Shown: piece by piece, positions 1 through 53,700 of the stretch
Layout: each line of letters begins with the position of its first letter
Position numbering within the stretch: the stretch's first letter is position 1
From: Macrostomum lignano
Taxonomy: Eukaryota
Direction: 5' to 3'
Assembly (NCBI GenBank): GCA_002269645.1
Contig: NIVC01002088.1
Span: 62,001 to 126,000, forward strand
Length of the DNA: 64,000 bases
Made by a program: the position numbers and the translations under genes
Notes under the pieces: model-generated
Database searches by the model: none
Told to the model about the DNA's origin: nothing
Seen by the model: the letters and a program-made list of their open reading frames with translations, nothing else

Positions 1-215
1 GGGACGAACTATCAATAGACGAGGAAAGTTCAGGTGTTCTGCTAATATTGACTCAACATTAATAAAGCCAGTAGTCAATGCTTCAAAGCAAACGATTCCA
101 CACGAAATCTTCAAATTCGATTGTACGGTATTTGCTGATTTCAAGTTCTACTATTTTATTCGAACGCAGTGATCAAACCTGTTTGATCAAAGTGATCAAA
201 ACTTGCGCATTTCAG

Positions 216-39920
<39,705 letters not shown>

Positions 39921-41483
39921 ATCTAGAAAACAAACTCTTGGCTGAGAATCTGATCGGACCACATTTTGCAAAACATTTTTGGTGAAAATTGCATTGTTTG
40001 AAAAAGCTGTGAACTTACTGTTTTACTTGAATCTCTACTCCGCACTGACATGCGACAGAGGAAATTTTGGCTGCTAGTCCTTTGTAACCTAGGGAACAGG
40101 TAAAAATTGGTTTAAGAGAAAATCCAATTTCATAGAACCTGTGAAACTGTCTGAAACTAAATTGGTATTTCCGGCATCAGAGACGGTTGTTGCAGCCAAA
40201 ATGCGTTCTTTGCTCGAGCGCGGCATAAACTTTTGCTCCTTTTCTTCGTCGAAAATTTTTCCGAAAACCTTTTTTTACCCCCCCCCCGCATCTTCAGTGT
40301 CCTAATTTAAGCCTGTCTCCTGCTGTCTTTAGAATAGTCTCTTAATATCTTATGCCTAAAATACCAATAAGCTTAAGCTCGATACCAACTTCTCTCAAGT
40401 ACTGGTGTGTTATCTTTGTTATTTTTTTCCTTTTTTTCCCAGATATTATTTTCTCAAGCAAGCACCTACAGATTTGGTTTATTTTTAAGCAGAACGAAGT
40501 CCCAATCGTGTATGCTTTATTTTCGATAAAGCAAAATATAAGGAGAGAATACTGAACATCCCCAATATGAATTTTTATTACTTTATTTCGTAGATTACGA
40601 AGATCGAACTAAATGAAACATTACTTTCATAAAGCATTTTTACTTAGTCAAGTTAGTTATTGCAAAAAGCAAAGCTAAAGAGTACTACCTAACCGCAGCA
40701 ACAGGGCAGGCTGTTTTTTGGACTCCGCAGTCACAAACCGGTTCTCGGCGGTTTTTTCCGCTATGAGCTTAGAAGGGCTTTTACAGGCGGAGAGGAAGCA
40801 TTGCGCATTGTTCTCGGAGCTGCGGTGAATCCGCTACTTGGCTACTGCTGGCGAGAGCCCTACCCCGCTGCTTTTTGGCAAACATGCGTCCGCCTATAGA
40901 CCCTTGTGCGATGCAACCACCAGCCTGGGCTCCCGCTTCAAGACCCACGCTTGCACTGCATCAGTACTCAGAGCGCTAACTGCATAATTAACTATAGTCC
41001 AGCGGCTGAATAGCTAATTGCCCCCCCCCTCAGTAGAGCCGCTTCTCAATGGAAAAAGACGGAGGAAACTTAATGTAAAATGTATTAAGGGCTAGCTGCC
41101 TTCTTCCAAAGCGCCTAATTAAAATTATTATTCAAGTCTCAGCACTTCCTCTAGACTTGCCAAGATGGCATTTCTGGCAGATGAGAACAAAGCCATTGTC
41201 AGTCATTCAGTTAGAAGCGAATTGCTGTGGGGCTGCGGAAGAGAAGATGGAGTTACCTCCCGCCTTAGCAACGGCCTGCGCATCTGTTTTGGAAACTCTG
41301 TTGGGAGTTTGGACCGGTGGGAGTGGGGGGGCAATATTTATTTATTAAGGCAGTGTTTAGAGACCGCTCCCCCAGAGCGCAGCTTTCAACTCCAGGGCGC
41401 GGCAGGATTGCTGCGTTCTGCACCTGCTTGGCATTTGATCTGGATGCTCAGAGATGTAAGCTTTCAACTATGACATTTTATAG

Positions 41484-44400
41484 TCTGTGGGTCGGCTAGC
41501 TACTCCGCAAACGCCACGCTTGGCAAGTTACGTCGACTCGCGCCCAGGGCAGGACTTAATTCCTGATGACCTGTTCTATCTGGGACTGACGGAGGCCAAC
41601 GGACTGGACTGCGCGCACTACAGCTTGGATCTCGGTCGGCTGAGCCTGCGAAGCTGCTCTGTTGCCCTATATTTTATATGTCAGGTCCCGGCCTCGACAC
41701 CAAGTAGTGAGTGAAATTTCTAAGACATGCTTTTAATTTAAGTAGTACCATTTGAAGCTGTAGTAAAAGTTACTTCGCTTTGCAGAGTACAACGAGAGTA
41801 CTCTTTGTCTCCAGTGTTTCATGAATTCTAGTTCAAAACTAGCTTTGTGTGTTTTGATTGATTTCGATACTCGTCCATTTTTACAGTTTCGCATTGTTTA
41901 GCTATTCATTTTAGCTGCAATGCCAAGCTGACTGTAAAGCTTGGTGTTGATATGATGGAGTCTGGGCGATTTTCTAGTGAGACCCTTACTGAATAATTCT
42001 ATTTTGCATATTACATAATTAAGGCAGTCTGTCTAGCTCTGAGCGGGCTCCGTTACTGTCGTCAGTATTGTACACTCGGGAACAGAAAGTGGCCTCTGTC
42101 AAGTGAAGTGAAGTAAGTGAGGGACTAGTACTACTACTACTACTAGCAGTCAGCAGAGTTTTTATGTCAGGTTTTTATGTAATAATTATGCTTTGTAATT
42201 CAAGTGGCCATAAGCAAAAAATGATACGGTAATTATTTCACTAAACACTGTTATTCCACTGCAGGCTACTGTTCTCCTTCCTTTCTAACGACGTCGATCA
42301 ACATCGACATTCATGGAGATGATGATCTTGATATGCAATCAACTGGGATGAACTCGTACTTCTCGCTGTATTACTTCTATCCGCTACAGTACTCCAGCAG
42401 TTACTATGACGTGTACGGAATGACATACTGTGGGGTGAGGAAAATTTTAGTATTCCATCAGACACTTAGCAGCAAAGTTGACTTCTGTGTAACCGGCTAA
42501 AGCATTAACAAAAACATTATTCATTAAATCAAAATACAACCTATTTCAGATTAGCTCGTGTGACACAACGACAAGAGACAACTATTATTACTGGAGAACC
42601 AGCGGCTCAGCGTTTCCTTTCACGAACTACGGCGGCTCTTGGCGAAGTTTTGAATACATCTGTCTCAGTGCGCATTTTACCAGAATTTAACTTTATTCTT
42701 CACAATCCCCCACGCAATCTCCAACTACGATCTTTTTGTTATAAAATTTTTATAGTTGAGTTAAAGTGACGCTGTTTAGTACTGATAGTTCTATTTAGTA
42801 CCTAGACAGGGGAAAGATATGGAAACTAAGCAAATAATGCCAATCACAGCAGCCTATTCGAATATTTATTGAAAGTTCAAATGGAATCTGTACCTTACCA
42901 CTATATTTGAATAAAAGCAGAAATAAATGACTCAGGTGTAAACTGATTAGTGAAAAGGCCCACGCGCAGAGTAAAAATTAAAAGCGCACTGCAAGAGTAT
43001 GACAGGCTAGACGGGTACTAACCCGGCCTAAACGAAGTACAAGACGCGTTCCTTTGCGTTCAATAAAGCCGGAACCATCACAAGCTCCTGGGCGAACCGG
43101 AACAAAAAATAGAAACTCTCTGTAGCGATGCTCTGTCTAGTTACTTACTGGGAACTTTCAATTCGATCCTGCAGAAGATGACGAGCGGATCCCTCTGCTG
43201 TTTGGCATACCCGGGAGGCTGAATGTCAGCTTCAGTGCCTCATCTTTTATCAACTATGCCAGACCGGAGTATGTGCTCATCAACAACAATTTTCGAACAG
43301 GAAGTGAGTTTTTATTCCAACTATTCGAGGACTAAAGCCATACCGAATACTGAGTTCTTGACCAAAATAACTTCTGAAACCTGCAGGCCACAGAGTGTGC
43401 AAATGGTACCGGGAGTACTATGGTGATCTGGACGTGAACCAGAACGGCGAAGCCTGCATTCCGTACAGCGCCTGGCCCGCTACGACCAACAAATGTCGAA
43501 CTTGTGAGTTGACTGATAAAAATTAATTTTGACGATCTTCAGCTTATTAAGATTATTGCATGAAAATCCCTTTCTTTGGTTCCAGCGTCCTTGTCAATCA
43601 CCTGCGTGAACAGTGTATTGAACCGGGTTACCTGCGAGGTTCCAGATTGCTGTGAGTCATGCTGATGTCCAAGACTATCGATTCAGTCATATTGAATCAG
43701 TATAGGCTTAATATTTTTGGGTGTATACTGTATAACTAGAACCACACGTTGATACTTGCTTCCAGCGATTAGAACATACACTGACATGGATTACTACAGT
43801 GGAAGGGGGATGCAGAGCATGTTCGCCGAGTTTTTCATGAACAAGAAAGTGAAGCTGTCATACACATACGAAACCAGCGGCTTCAGTCTTATTCGGACTA
43901 GCGACTACGAGTCAACTGTGACAGCTGAAAGCATCTACTACGTACTGATTGACTTGAAGACTCCAACGTTTGTTACACTCATAATTCCTTACACTACCTC
44001 AGGTATGTTTTGCCTAACAGTGTTTTGAAGTCAGGCACAGGACACAAACAGCTAGTGTAAAATATGCAAATTATGTTTTCAGTAAATCAAATGAAATGCA
44101 TCTGGACCGGAGTGTCGAACACGTGGAACTCCAGTCTGGACGAAGCGGCCTTCGACGGTTGGACGTCGTGCGGTGTGCAAGAGAGAGCTGACCCAAGCGA
44201 CGGCCATTTGTTCTTCCACTGCCCGCCTGGCACCATCGGCAGATACGCGGTGATTACTAGGAGAAAGAGCTGCGGCTACCACACTGTTGACCAAGTGAAG
44301 ATTTACGGAGACCACTGTAAGTCCGTTCAGGCAGAAAAATAGGGACAGATGCTTCAAGTAAAATTAGAAAAGTGGGAATTCAATTAAAACAAATGTTTTC

Positions 44401-47400
44401 AGATTACGACGTAAACTTCATCCCGGGAAGCTCATTCGTCAACCGGATCCCTGAGTCAATGGAAAAGGACCTGCAGACAAATAGGAACGTCACCTTTTCC
44501 ACCCTGATTCGGGACACATACGCAGACTTCTTCCTCACCGCGGGAACAACATACAGCAGCATGCTTGATCAGGTACGAGTTGTATTGGTTTAACTTTCTG
44601 GAAGGAATGCCTTAGAAAAGTTCAAATGATATTGCAATGACTTCTATATCTCGCAGCTAATCATGCAGTGTAGTATCATCAAACATTCTCAAAATTGTAT
44701 TGACTGTCGTAAGAGCCTTATCTTTAAGCACAGCTAGAATGCACCTCAATTTTAAATTCTTTCTGCTTATACGTTTAATAAAGCTCCACAGCTCATGAAG
44801 CCCCAATGTATACTTTACCTAAATATCTAGGATGCACATAAGTTGACTTTTATTTTATTTAGCTGGTTAAGCCTGATCGAAGCATCAAGGAAATAGAAGG
44901 AACTCAGGGGCTTCATTTATTCGTTCTGACAGCGAGCGCTTTCCTATCAAATTTTCGAAGATTCACTCAATTAGCTCGTAAGCTCGTAGTTACAATTTCC
45001 CAGAAATCAGCAATTACTCCAAACCGAAACTGTCTCAGAGAATCCGTTTTCGACTCACTGGGGACTCCGCATCGAACGTGCTGTGGATCTCGAACGGCTG
45101 GGTGCTGAACAAAGCCATCAGCTCCAGCGAGATCCCACTGAACGCGGTGTTTCTCCTCAACAAGACGAGCACCCTTGCTCAGATGGGAAGTCAGAACGTA
45201 TTCGACTTTCACGATTTGTCGTTCAAGTTTGAGTACAACAGCAGCGCTGATGAGAATCTCACCATTGAAGCCTACATCGATTCGACTCTAGTGGGCGTGT
45301 TTTCCGACCCGAGCGATGCCGTCAACTTCACCATAAACTCTGCCGGCTTCTCCAAGAAGCCGAGCGACACCGAGTACAACGGAGTGGCGGTGCAGTTCCC
45401 TGGCATGCCGAGTGAGTGACACTAACAGAGTGTGATGATTTAAACAATAAAAGTCACTTTAATATTTAAAACTTTCGGTTATTCAGATTCTATCAACGCT
45501 GGATTTTGGCAGCCATCATTTTTCTATGGTGACAATCAGGACTGGCACCAGGTATGAAAAATTTTGCTTCAATAAGTGTCCATTGTGGCTAGTTTTTGAT
45601 GTGCTGGCGAATTTATTTTTTAGGTTACGTTTTCTTCTCTGGTTTGGATTTACTACGCGGGCTACAGTAGGGGCTCCGATTCAACTGACAAGGACATGGG
45701 GGCCTACTACGCATACAGGCTGTGGTCTGCCGATCTCAGCACCTGGAACCCACTGGATCTACAAACCAACGGATATGCTACTTCGATGTTTATGACCACA
45801 AGCAATCGATACTCGAACTTCGTATCGATGAAGCCCCCGAAGCTTCTGTTGGGAATGCGGCACGTAGAAGTATCCTACCACTATAACTTCCAGCTTAAAT
45901 TTATGCTGTATGGAAATGTGGCCGATGGTAAGAGACTGTACTCCAAAGCTCAAGTATTTAAAATAGTCTAAAACCTGTGCGCGGCACAAAACTTCACACG
46001 AGCTTATAATCCAGAACTTTTCCGAAACTTGTGCGACTTGTGTGACATCCATGATATACATATATATTAATAACTGTACTGTTATTAGAATACGATATTT
46101 ATTAATAAAAAATGCAGTAGAAATATCTCAGAATTAAAAATTGTATCATAACAAAGTAAAAAGGCGTTTTTATTAGGAAGGCTTTTAAAGTTTTCATTTA
46201 GACAGTACAGTTTTGCATTATTTTATTAGTTCCCCATTCAACTCCAATGCTGCAGGCATGGACGGAGGCGCCAGATTCCCGTGGCTGGTCTCGCGCTACC
46301 AGCCCGTCCAGCTGTCCTCCCTGTACAGCAGCACCTACCCTGGCTACAGGGCCACGGACGGCTTGACTAACACTTACGGAAGCACATATTCGTTTTTCAT
46401 CGTCACATCATCAACAGGGCTGCGATGGGCCTATGTCGACATAATCGTGCCCAGGAATTTCTCCTATGTCGTTGTCTATACACGGAATGCTGGAGATACC
46501 CGTAAGAATTAAACATACTTCGTTTCAAATAGCACTGCATGCTCACCATGCAGTTTTATTCTTCTCACGACCATGTTTACACCGGCGTTTATAGCAAGGG
46601 AATTATGCGCCGTGAAAACCTACAATTTTAGACATATACACAATAAGGAATACGGGGTATTTCGCCCAGCTGACCACCATGAGTGGCGCACCAACGTTTG
46701 CTGCATCGGACCTCTGCTACCAGCACGGCAACACCTTTCAAAGACCTGACGATCTGAAGTACATTGACTATCTCATGTTTCCATGTGTTAAGGTAAGGCG
46801 CAAAATTGCATGAATGAGAAAAGCAGGAAGCAGATATGCTCCAACTAATGCGGCAAATAATAATTCAACCCACACATTCAAGACGGCGAGATACTTAACA
46901 GTTCGAAAAAATGACGGAATATCCGAATCCCTGAGCATCGCTGAAATAGAAGTCTACGGCACGCAGCATGGTAAGATGCTGTATAAATATTGATATCAAG
47001 GACCACTAGGAACACTAACATATATATATATTGATATATGATAGAAGTTTGTGTGAATCATATAAGAACTCTTTACATATTGATCATACTCCAGCCGATC
47101 CGCAGCTGAACACCCTGGCCCAGATGCCGATGGGTCTGGGCGAGTTCGTTCACTTCGAGTGGATGGTGTCAGGCAACACGCAGAACCTGGGAGGCCTCTT
47201 CTCCCTGCCCCTGTCAGCTGCCGAGACTCCGTTCGTAGAAAGTGCCCTGCGATTTGAGTCACTCGGCACGACAGCATCCTATGTTCGATTCTACTTCCCC
47301 ATCAGCATGACTGTCACCGGCATGATTGCTCAGGGCAGCGGCAAGCGCTCCAAAGGCTTGCGCGGCAACGTCAATCACTTCACTCTGCGCTACTCGCAGT

Positions 47401-47731
47401 ACAAAGACTATCGACGAATGCAGTATGTTGTGGACCAGTCTAACAGCAATGTGAGTAGGAAGTTCATTGAACTCTCAGCCCTCATTTTAAAATTCATTTA
47501 CATACTTACCGGTATATTTCACGTGACTCTATACTATTTTCTCGGTCACTAAAAGCTACCCAAAATATATCCTTCAGATTATTTTCAAAGCGGTCCCCAA
47601 CACCGACTCTGTGCCATCAATCAACTTTCTCCCGAGTCCCATCAATACCCAGCTGTTGGAAGCAGTCGCAAATGGATACAGCTGGACAATCAGTTGGAAG
47701 GTTGAGGTGCTGGGATATCCGACCGCCGAGT
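41484..47731 (+). CDS. Copy B N-terminal super-module 0 (CTL half, orphan modules, compact kringle-like, FTL-like, F5/8C, F-type lectin, F5/8C)
   Basis: In-phase exons 42265-42434, 42550-42667, 43175-43303, 43387-43503, 43586-43651, 43766-44002, 44083-44316, 44403-44572, 45039-45411, 45487-45551, 45624-45927, 46256-46501, 46632-46792, 46883-46970, 47095-47450, 47578-47731. Confidence 0.72.
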
Positions 47732-50700
47732 GTAAGTCTTTTCTGCTGGTTCTGTTCGCACCGGCAGTATCCGGTTCTTTTTGTGCCACACTTGCTTATA
47801 TTTTTTTCTATATTAATTTAAACCTGTCTTTTAGTGCGCAGCATCATATCACCCAGCAATTACACAATTGAAAAGTTCACAACTGACGAAGAGCAAGTGA
47901 TACAGATTAAATTTAAAGAGATCTTCTATCTGACCTCAATTCGAGTAGCCGACTTGGACTCGAACGATGGCTTCTATATGACTTATTGGGTAGTTCAGAA
48001 CAGCACAGGCAGGCAGCTGCGAACGCCCTGGTATGACCAGGTGTACAATGTAAGCAATTTAAGCTTTTTTAGTCCGTCAGAATGTATTAATATGCCTATG
48101 GTATTGCTTTTGATGCAAGAATCCACAGCCTCAAACTGCCTCTGCCGTTTGTTTCTGCCCAGTCCATATCAGACTCTAGTCCATATCTGTTGCAGTTCTC
48201 GAGCATCAACTCAGCCAATGACTTCTTCATGCCAGTAATTCTAACGCCAACGTCTATTGAGCTGCACTTCGGAACAAATGCCACAGTTAAAACAACTGAC
48301 ATTGTCAATATTCGTGGTATTGAGATCAACGGTAAGCCAGTTTGACTATCGTTTGACCTGCATTTTCCTAAAATTCTAAAATTCGTGCTCTATCGTGACC
48401 GGAAGAAACTCGTTCGGTTTCAGATGAGTGCCCGCAAGGCTGGCGGCCACTCTACAACATCTGCCTCAGGATCGTCCCGTCAGCTCTGGACTGGAACAGT
48501 TCGCTGCAGTACTGCCAGAGCCGCTACTGGAATGGCAGGAATGGCACTCTGTTCATGCCCAAGACTGCCGTGCTGCGCAACTTCGGTCACATGAGGTCAA
48601 CTGAATATTCCTAACTTTACTGCATACATTATTTTCAATAAGCAGCTCCAGAGAGAAAAATCTGCATTCTTCTATTTTACTTGATTTAAGAAAAAATAAT
48701 CAAGCGAATATTCTTAGATCGTCATAGCCTGGTACTGATGCATCCAATAAGAATTAGAAATTTCAATTAAACAAACATTGCCTTCCCATTAATTTAGAAA
48801 CATGCAGTTCCACGTCGGTGCATACAGAAACTCTTCAACCGGCCGCTGGTACTGGCTGGATGGAGAAGAAGTTGAGCAGGGAGCATTCTATATGGGCCAG
48901 ACTCAGAGCAGCTCGTGTGTGTACTTGTCTACCGACTACAATGGGCTGTATAGGATCGACTGCTCTACAAGTCTCTACTTCTTGTGCCAAATTCCCAAGA
49001 AGATTTGTACGTGACTTTTATAACTCTATGCCTTGACCCTATCAAATTGAAATTCTGCTCACGAAGCTGCAATTCAATTCTAGGGCCTGATCGACAGCAG
49101 ACAGTTGTTATCAACACATTCTATCACAACAACGTTGGGTCAGAAGATGACAACATACAGTACACACAGGGACCTTTGCACGAGTTGCTCAGCCTGTGGG
49201 CTTTGGATGAATCGCTCGCATACATACCAGCTGTTTATGACATTTGGCACTCGGCGAATCTGAACAACTTTGCCATCTCAATCGGCACTGAGAGCGTCCA
49301 AAGTGTGACCGGAAAGTACTCAGTGTACCAAAAAACCCAAATAGAAAATGGTGAGTGACTTAAGTTATGACGGCATGGACTGAATTTATGAGCAACTGTA
49401 ATCCGAATTATGAGGAATAAAACATAAAAAATATTCGCCAATGCTCAATATAAACTGCTTTGCAGGCTGCCTGGAGCCCCTGCTGTACCCGGAGTCCGGT
49501 ATAGTTGGAGTTCGCGTTAATGCATCGACATCAAACTCGAGAAGAGGTCCCGAGAAGGCATTCCTGGGATCGGTCATGTCAAAAGAGGGTGAGATATTTA
49601 TTGTTTACCATAAGCAGGGAAAAGGTTAAAAAGTGATTAGCTCTCATAAAAATGATTTGCAGAGCACGTGCAGTGCGCACTAAGCCGAGCTGACTACCAG
49701 TTCTACGACGGGCAGTGGTCGGTCACTGAGCAGGGATTCGCCTGTGCGAACTGGGACACTGTAACCAGCACCTACAAGGACTACAACAACACGTGCTTGG
49801 AATGTGAGTTTATTGACTGAAACTTTATTGAAAATTGATTACTTACAAGCGTATCTATTAGATTTATCCAAAGCTTTTGTACAAACATTGTATTCCGCAA
49901 ACGCTCTTCACTGTCAGATACTTCTACTCGATACTCCAGCTGCTACGATCAGGGTGGCGTTATCAGAGACTGCTACGATCTCCAAAAGGTTTACTGCAGT
50001 AAGTTGCAATGCCTAATTTATTTGAATTTTTACGAGATTTACAAGTTTGCAGTCGTTGCAGAACAGTCATTCAAATCGAATTGGGCTCGTAGTATTATCA
50101 ATATCCACCTTTCCCGTTCAATGAGCAATACTTAGCTAGCAGGCTGCTACTATGAAAATTTTTATAGAGAGAAAACATTTGCCCACTTACTAAGAAAATA
50201 AAGTAAAGATACGAGTGCAGTACCGCAGATAGTGCGGAACTCGCATTTTTGCAGACTTTTTACGCTGGCCTGCCCCTTCGTAAAAATCCTTCGTATGATA
50301 GTAGCGAATAGTTATTCAAGCGAAATAGTTAGTTAGCACCAAAGTCCTGTTTAAAACCATCTGTGCCTATTAATGATGCTTGACAACAGTAAGAGCTCGA
50401 ATTGTTTCAAAATTTCGTGACTCAGGTCAGTACTACCATCCGCCGGCAAGCTATAATTACATCGGCAACATCCTGGTCGATAAAGTGCTGTACTTTACTG
50501 GGATCAGGCAGTCTTATAGCATAAATATTAATTATGGATTTTATGTGCACACAGTCGGCGTATCCGTTGCAACACCGCCCAATAATTGGTGGCTCCTTGC
50601 TGATCTCAAGTTGCAGTACCGAATTTCGGCAATCCGTGTCGACCCGTGTAAGCTTATCTATTGTCATATAGAGCAATTAACGTATTTTAAAAGGAAAAAC

Positions 50701-53700
50701 AGTGCTTGAAATCATTTCAAAATACTTCCAGATCGAAACCTCTACAATGTAAGCTTCAGGACCAGCAACTCGTGGAATCGGAGCCTTGGTGACCTGGCCT
50801 TTGAGCACTGGGACACCTGCTTCAACTGGAACTTTGTGGAACCGCTGTCAACTTACTACACATTTATTACTTGCGACACACCTCAGACGGCTCGCTATTT
50901 GGTGCTGGTTAGCCCAGTCAATAACGTTGGGAATGCTCGCATGGACATCGACTACCTCAGTGTAATGGGAGATGAAGGTAAGCTCACTAACCCCCATAAT
51001 AAAGTTAAGAATCGCAACAGAATGAAGCGAATTCGTGACGTTAAATATTAATATTTCTTACAAAATTCCAGTGAATGAGATGGGAGCTGAGGCCGATCTC
51101 AGAAAGCTTTACCGACTTCCGAAGTCGCTGGTGGCGAACGCCTTGTGGACTGGCAACCTGACTTTCTACATTCGATTAAACAGTGCGGGACTTCAGCTCC
51201 TGTTCTCTGCTTATAATTCCGAGTCTGACATCATGAGACAGGTGAGCTTAACACAGTCATATTGAAGTCAAACGTAAACATTTACAACGATGTAAAAGCC
51301 TATGATAGGCTTCAAAACCTATCATAAAAACTGCATCACGAAGCTTACATGTAGTGCTTATTTATACTCAAATGCATTCGTTTACATACTAGAGCATGTT
51401 CATAGCATTAATGAAGCGAAAGTGATTTGTTGCTTCTCACTAACGATAAAAAGCTTATTGGGTTGTGCTGTGACCCACAGAAACGCTACGAGTTCGACCT
51501 CAATGCCAATGGAACCGCTCTGTGGCTGGCGGCGGCTGCCATTCGCCAGGGTGATTTTTACGGATCCAACCGCCAAACAGTTGGGGATATCAGTCTGAGG
51601 CAGCTGGTACCTGTGGCTGCTGACACAGAGGAATACCTGCCTCTCACCATCACCTGGACTGACTGCAATACCTTCAACTGCTCCATCTACTTCACTTGCA
51701 ACGGACAGGACATTGGCTTTGGCGTGGTCTTAACCAGTGACTCAATCAACTTCACCTCAGTTTCATATCTTGCTCTGGTTTCTGAAAGTGTGAACACTGG
51801 ACCTCGAGTGATGTACGACATGCCTAGTGAGTCAGAGAAATCCATCAAAGTCTCTTTGCTAGTAACTCAAACTGCAGTGCTTACTACAGAATGTATCACA
51901 AACATCCACTGTACGCTCGTATTTAGGTTCGCGATACCTCGGATTTTGGAGTCCGCCTACAGTATATGGGATTAGCGCGGGAACGGGTTACCGAGATTAT
52001 ATTCAGGTGAAACAAGCTTTCACACTTGTTCAGTTTTTCGGCACAATATTGAACACATCAAGTTACGTACAATCGTAATCATACTTCTGTGCTTTAGGCT
52101 TGGTTTGACGACTTCGTGACTCTGTACGTACTCAGCATTCAAGCCGGCAGTAGCCGTTTTGATACCTGCTCCGCCTGCGTCGCTTACATGCATCATGTGC
52201 AGCTGACCTACAGCTCTGATAACTTGGCCTACTCAGCTTATCCTCACGTAAGTTGTTTTAGTTTGCGTTGATTATACCGCCGAAACTTCACTTCGATCAG
52301 TGTAAGAGTGCGTCAGTTACCGTTACCACACTGTCTTTCAGTACATTCCCGGCTCGTACAACAAGGGAGATATGGTGTCCAGCTACCGACTGGTTCCAGA
52401 GATTCACGCGCTTACATTCAGAATCTACGCATACGATTACAGCAGCCGTGCCGAGATTCGCTGGATGCTTTACGGCTGCAAAAGATGTGAGAGAATCTGT
52501 GAATTGTATTAATTATAAAACTTAGTGGCTCTTCTGCTATTTTATGATCGAGTGATATTGGTGGAGTGCTTGCTGTTGAAGCTTCAATACAACTGAATCA
52601 TTTTAAGTTGTCAGCTTAAACGAAAATGACCTAAAAATAAATACATTTTCCACTTCAGCCAAGTACAACGTGCAGTTCCAGCAGCCAGTCATCATCTCAA
52701 ACTATCAGACTGTTCGAAGCTCAGGAGTGACTTCCTACAGTGAGAGAGGAGTTATTGACCAGAATCGGTCTCCATCATTTGGGTCGGGGTGCTGGAGACA
52801 CTACTATGCCAATGCATATATCACTATCGATCTGGTATATCCAAGATACATCGACAAAGTGTATGTATGGGCTCAAACCAATGATGACAGTGGTAAGCTA
52901 ATAAATCAATTTTGTGTTCTTCAGCCAATAGTTAAAACCGACAGGGCAGTCAACTATAAGTTTATTCAAAAAACTTCAGGAGTCGTAACAAGTGAAGTGA
53001 ACAAGTTCTCCAAACTGTATGTTTCAAACTCATCATATGCTGGTGGCTCCGGGATCGTTGTTGACAAAATCGGCGATGCTGTCGTGCCCCAGCCTTGGCT
53101 CGTCAAGGTGACTCGGGTGAGTTCCCCGTGCTCTCAGTTCTGTGGCTCTGACTAAACTGTTTATAGAGCCGACTGTGATGTCGACTGATCGAGAATTATA
53201 AGCACCAAAACTTACTTTAGCCCGCAAGATTCGTCGGAGTTGGCAGCTACTCTGGAAGCACGGTTTATTATACGATTTGCGAGATCGAAGTTTACGGGTA
53301 CCCGCTTGGTGAGTTGCAGTTTCTGGTGAATTAATTCATCAGAGAGACAATCACTGACTGTCTGTATCTGCTGTCTTACTGTAACTGTCCCGAATAACTA
53401 CTAACTACTTAAAGTTATCGAGAGATCATTGTCTAAGAAAGTGTTGAATTACAAGCGATTGTGTAGATTTTCACAACAAAATCCCAAAATTCGTTTGTTT
53501 CGGCTCAACTTAAAGAAAAGGCTATAAAAACATCAATATAAATTTCACCTATCTTTGAATCATATAGGCAGCCCAGGTGACCAGTTGTCAGAGCTGGTGA
53601 CAGTCCGCACCGGCCTGGGATCCCGGTATCCGGCCACAGCTGCGAGAGCCAGCCGGGTATACCCGTACAACGGCCTCACCGGCGATGTGTACTCGCTGCC

